64,000 nucleotides of DNA. Origin: a virus. The notes under the pieces are model-generated. The model was not told the origin of the DNA, made no database searches, and worked only from the letters and a program-made list of their open reading frames with translations. The translations under genes were made by a program, and so were the position numbers. Shown here one piece after another: positions 61,280 to 64,000 of the stretch. The number at the start of each line of letters is the position of its first letter. The stretch's first letter is position 1. The DNA lies in IMG/VR virus record IMGVR_UViG_3300024262_003767, one strand, 5' to 3'.

Positions 61280-62148
61280 TTATTTAATTTTATTTTAAAT
61301 TCACCATTTAGAATATTGGTTTCCCAGAACCTTAAAATATTAAAATTATTAGATTTTGAAAGTTCATCTTTAAAAATATCATTTTCAATATTTAACATCT
61401 GAGTCTTATTTAATTCATTTATATTAAATATGTTGGGGTTAGCATGCCAATAATCACCATCTGCCTCAATAATTATATTTTTATCTATTAACATAAAATC
61501 ATATATTTTATATCTTAATTTACCATCAAGTTTATAGTATATTCTAAATTGTGGTTTATATTTTATTGATTTTTCATCTAAAAAATCACCTATAATTTTT
61601 TCTATTTTAGTTTTACTTTTTTTAAATAACCCTTTATGTGCGATTTCCGTCATACTTAAACCATATCTTTCAATGCAAGTATTATTAATTTTTTTTCTAC
61701 ATTCATCGTCTTTCCAATTATGTGTTGTACCATATCGTTCTAAGAACGTATTTTTTCTTTTTATTTTTGATTCAGGTTTCCATCCAAATGGAAATTCATT
61801 ATTTTGATTATATTCTAATTTAGATTTCCTAACTTTATTTTTATAATTTTCATCACTCCACAATTTTTTAGTTATTTTTGAATGTAAATCTTTACTTTCT
61901 TGTGTTTTTACCTTACCAAACATTGGATTTTTTTCACCAACATATATAATTTTTTTATGCTCATCACAACATTTCCTTGAGCAATATTTTTTATCATCAG
62001 ATACTAATACTTCAATATCAACTCCACAATTTATACAATAAATAATTTTTCTTTCAACCTTAGATTTCTTATAATCTTTATATTGACATTTCCTTGAACA
62101 ATATTTCTTATTATTATGTTTCTCACCACAAACTATACATTTTTTCAT
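61267..62148 (-). CDS. Homing-endonuclease-like protein (Zn ribbons, NUMOD3, PD-(D/E)xK-like C-terminus) inserted within sbcD
   Basis: CIVCGEKHNNKKYCSRKC, CINCG...CSRKC; NUMOD3-like GEKNPMFGKVKTQESKDLHSKITKK; C-terminal YKIYDFMLIDKNIIIEADGDYWH. Confidence 0.55.
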   Translation of the reverse strand: MKKCIVCGEKHNNKKYCSRKCQYKDYKKSKVERKIIYCINCGVDIEVLVSDDKKYCSRKCCDEHKKIIYVGEKNPMFGKVKTQESKDLHSKITKKLWSDENYKNKVRKSKLEYNQNNEFPFGWKPESKIKRKNTFLERYGTTHNWKDDECRKKINNTCIERYGLSMTEIAHKGLFKKSKTKIEKIIGDFLDEKSIKYKPQFRIYYKLDGKLRYKIYDFMLIDKNIIIEADGDYWHANPNIFNINELNKTQMLNIENDIFKDELSKSNNFNILRFWETNILNGEFKIKLNKCLK

Positions 62149-62191
62149 AGATTTTTTGTTGTTTTATAGTATATATAAAAATATAATACTA

Positions 62192-62848
62192 CTATTCTGA
62201 TAATATCCAACCATTTTTTAAATATTCATCTAAGTCTTTATCATCTATCTCCATTTCTACTTCTTTATATTTGAAAAACTGCCTTTTATGTATATCACCA
62301 AGAAAAAGAAAATCATTCTTTTTAAAATCATTAATACTCTTGTACATACTATCAGTAAAAAATTTACCTCTATCGGTAGAACTATTTTGTATAGGGTCAT
62401 GAAACAAACCTATATAAATTTGTTCTTTTTTCTTTGTTTGTCCAACCCAAGGATCATTTAATTTGTCAGGGTGATCATATACAACCCAAGATATATTACC
62501 TTCATCATAAATACCTGTTGTGTCATAATATGTCACATTAGGATTATCAATCAATTTAACTACAACCTTTATACTATCAGTTCTATTTAAATTTTTCTTA
62601 CGCAAATCGTGATTACCTCTTGTTATAATAACTTTGGCTATATGTGAAAGTTTGTTTAAAAATTCACCACCGAGTATTTTTGCTTCATTGGAAATTTCAA
62701 TAAAATTTTCAAATAAATCACCAACAATTACAATTTTTTCTGGTTGTCTTATTTTTAATTCGTTATATATTTTTTCAAATACTTCTCTATACTCATCATG
62801 TCTCTCTACATTTCTAATGTGTACATCTGCTAAATGTGCTATCTTCAT
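62192..62848 (-). CDS. sbcD: SbcD/Mre11 nuclease N-terminal fragment (phosphoesterase motifs I-V)
   Basis: LADVHI, VGDLFE, RGNHD, LFHDPI, FLGDIHKRQ (cf. E. coli ALGHIHRAQ); ends about 25 aa after motif V. Confidence 0.8.
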   Translation of the reverse strand: MKIAHLADVHIRNVERHDEYREVFEKIYNELKIRQPEKIVIVGDLFENFIEISNEAKILGGEFLNKLSHIAKVIITRGNHDLRKKNLNRTDSIKVVVKLIDNPNVTYYDTTGIYDEGNISWVVYDHPDKLNDPWVGQTKKKEQIYIGLFHDPIQNSSTDRGKFFTDSMYKSINDFKKNDFLFLGDIHKRQFFKYKEVEMEIDDKDLDEYLKNGWILSE

Positions 62849-62967
62849 TCAACTTCTTATTTTTTATTTAGAATAAATCTAATTATTATATGTTATACCC
62901 TTGAAATAGTTTAATGAAAAATAAATTATGAATTTTTATATATAAAAGAAAATTAATCATTAGTCAC

Positions 62968-63768
62968 ATGAAAAATATTACAAGTAGAGAAAAATTTCTA
63001 AAAAAAGTATATGAATATAGTCAAGGAATCCAAGATTATATAGGTTTAGTAGATTATACTATGTTAGGTTTAGATGCCACGGAAGGAGATATACTAGGTT
63101 TGTGTAAAAGAGCAAAAGAATATGGAGTCGCAACTGTTTGCGTTAGACCTAATATGGTATCTTTAGCAAAAAGAGAACTCGATGGTTCAGATGTTGGAGT
63201 TACAACAGTTATATCGTTCCCTGAAGGTACAAATTCTAAAGAAGCAAAATTATTTGAATGTAAGAAAGCGATTTCTGATGGTGCTGATGATATTGATATG
63301 GTTTTAAATTATCAAAAACTTAAAGAAGTATGGAATAAAATTGGTTCCGCTGATGAAGATGAACGTGAAGAGGAAATGTTTGATGTTATCTATTATGAAT
63401 TGGTTGATGAAGTTAAAGCATTAGTGGATATGTGTCATAATGCTAGTAAAATTTTAAAAGTTATTGTTGAATCTGGTAAATTAAATTCTGAACAAACAAA
63501 ATTTGTTACAGAGATATGTATAGAAGCAGGAGCAGATTTTATTAAAACATCAACTGGTATGGTAGATATTGGTGCGGAATTAGATAAAATTAAAATTTTC
63601 TATGATACAATTAAAGAAAAAGGTTCAGATATGTTAATTAAAGCATCAGGTGGAATTAGAACAATTGAAGATATTAAAAAATTCGCACCATACACAGATA
63701 GATTTGGTGTTGGTTCGGGTTCTATTGATAATATGATGGGTGTTAGTTCGGGTAGTTCATCATACTAA
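62968..63768 (+). CDS. deoC: Deoxyribose-phosphate aldolase
   Basis: ATVCVRPNMV, TTVISFPEGTN, GADDIDMVLNY, catalytic Lys in FIKTSTGM. Confidence 0.85.
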   Translation: MKNITSREKFLKKVYEYSQGIQDYIGLVDYTMLGLDATEGDILGLCKRAKEYGVATVCVRPNMVSLAKRELDGSDVGVTTVISFPEGTNSKEAKLFECKKAISDGADDIDMVLNYQKLKEVWNKIGSADEDEREEEMFDVIYYELVDEVKALVDMCHNASKILKVIVESGKLNSEQTKFVTEICIEAGADFIKTSTGMVDIGAELDKIKIFYDTIKEKGSDMLIKASGGIRTIEDIKKFAPYTDRFGVGSGSIDNMMGVSSGSSSY

Positions 63769-63780
63769 ATGAAATTCTAA

Positions 63781-63829
63781 ATACAAATAAAAAAACCAAT
63801 CATTTTTGATTGGTTTTTTTATTTGTATT
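63781..63829. terminator. 49-nt near-perfect palindrome / intrinsic terminator after deoC
   Basis: ATACAAATAAAAAAACCAATCA-ttttt-TGATTGGTTTTTTTATTTGTAT. Confidence 0.7.
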
Positions 63830-64000
63830 TTTTTATTACTTTTGTGACATTATTATAAAATTTTTAATATGTCATATCATAATAAATTATCAGAAGTCAC
63901 ACACAAATTAAATACTCTTAAAATTAGGGTTACTATTTTATCGGTTTTTACCATATTGATATGGTTATTTAATGTTAGTTTATCAACATCTATTTTACTA

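Noticed and set aside
1-64000. tRNA genes, rRNA, and CRISPR repeats
   Set aside because: No GC-rich cloverleaf-like stretches in any intergenic spacer and no regularly spaced direct repeats. The only tandem duplication seen, 2 x AAAAGTTGACAAGAAA at about 45435-45466, lies inside a coding region (KKVDKKKVDKK).
1-64000. Mimivirus-type AAAATTGA early promoter as a taxonomic clue
   Set aside because: Not found upstream of genes. Bacterial-type genes (NusG, S1, HPF, PDF, ClpS, intrinsic terminators) point to a bacteriophage rather than a eukaryotic giant virus.

Overview
This 64 kb window is very AT-rich and densely coded on both strands (about 75 ORFs, short intergenic spacers, several start/stop overlaps). 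No tRNA, rRNA or CRISPR array was recognised by eye. The content reads like a large dsDNA virus, most plausibly a jumbo phage of an AT-rich bacterium. That is an inference from gene content only. Free-standing homing-endonuclease genes sit among auxiliary bacterial-type genes: one GIY-YIG, one HNH, and four paralogues combining Zn ribbons, NUMOD3 or KYG repeats, and a PD-(D/E)xK-like C-terminus. The recognisable auxiliary genes, grouped by role, are: (a) DNA repair and recombination: a partial NAD-dependent DNA ligase (minus strand, running off the window start, not in the ORF track), endonuclease IV, and SbcD/SbcC (Mre11/Rad50). (b) Nucleotide salvage and sugar-nucleotide metabolism: thymidine kinase, dNMP-kinase-like, DeoC, Nudix, an NDT/Rcl-like protein, GDP-fucose synthase, a UDP-sugar epimerase, and GH16. 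(c) Translation and transcription: NusG, ribosomal protein S1, HPF, peptide deformylase, an RlmN/Cfr-like radical SAM, an EpmA/AsnA-like class II aaRS paralogue, and a CCA-adding enzyme. (d) RNA repair: Tpt1/KptA and a 2H phosphoesterase. (e) NAD salvage: a pncA-pncB operon. (f) Proteostasis and membrane: ClpC and ClpS, an SPFH/flotillin-NfeD pair, C1 and M16 peptidases, and a PspC-domain protein. (g) Signalling: a cytoplasmic hybrid histidine kinase and a lambda-type PPP phosphatase. (h) Structural candidates: two tandem LamG-like proteins and a downstream block of unknowns. Most striking: sbcD is split exactly after phosphoesterase motif V by an inserted homing-endonuclease gene, and its C-terminal half is fused in frame to sbcC. 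Also notable: an NAD-centred set of genes (pncAB, NAD-ligase, Tpt1, Nudix, a possible ADP-ribosyltransferase), a Tpt1/2H RNA-processing neighbourhood, a recurring TATATAT(T)AAA box upstream of many genes, and an attenuator-like RNA structure.
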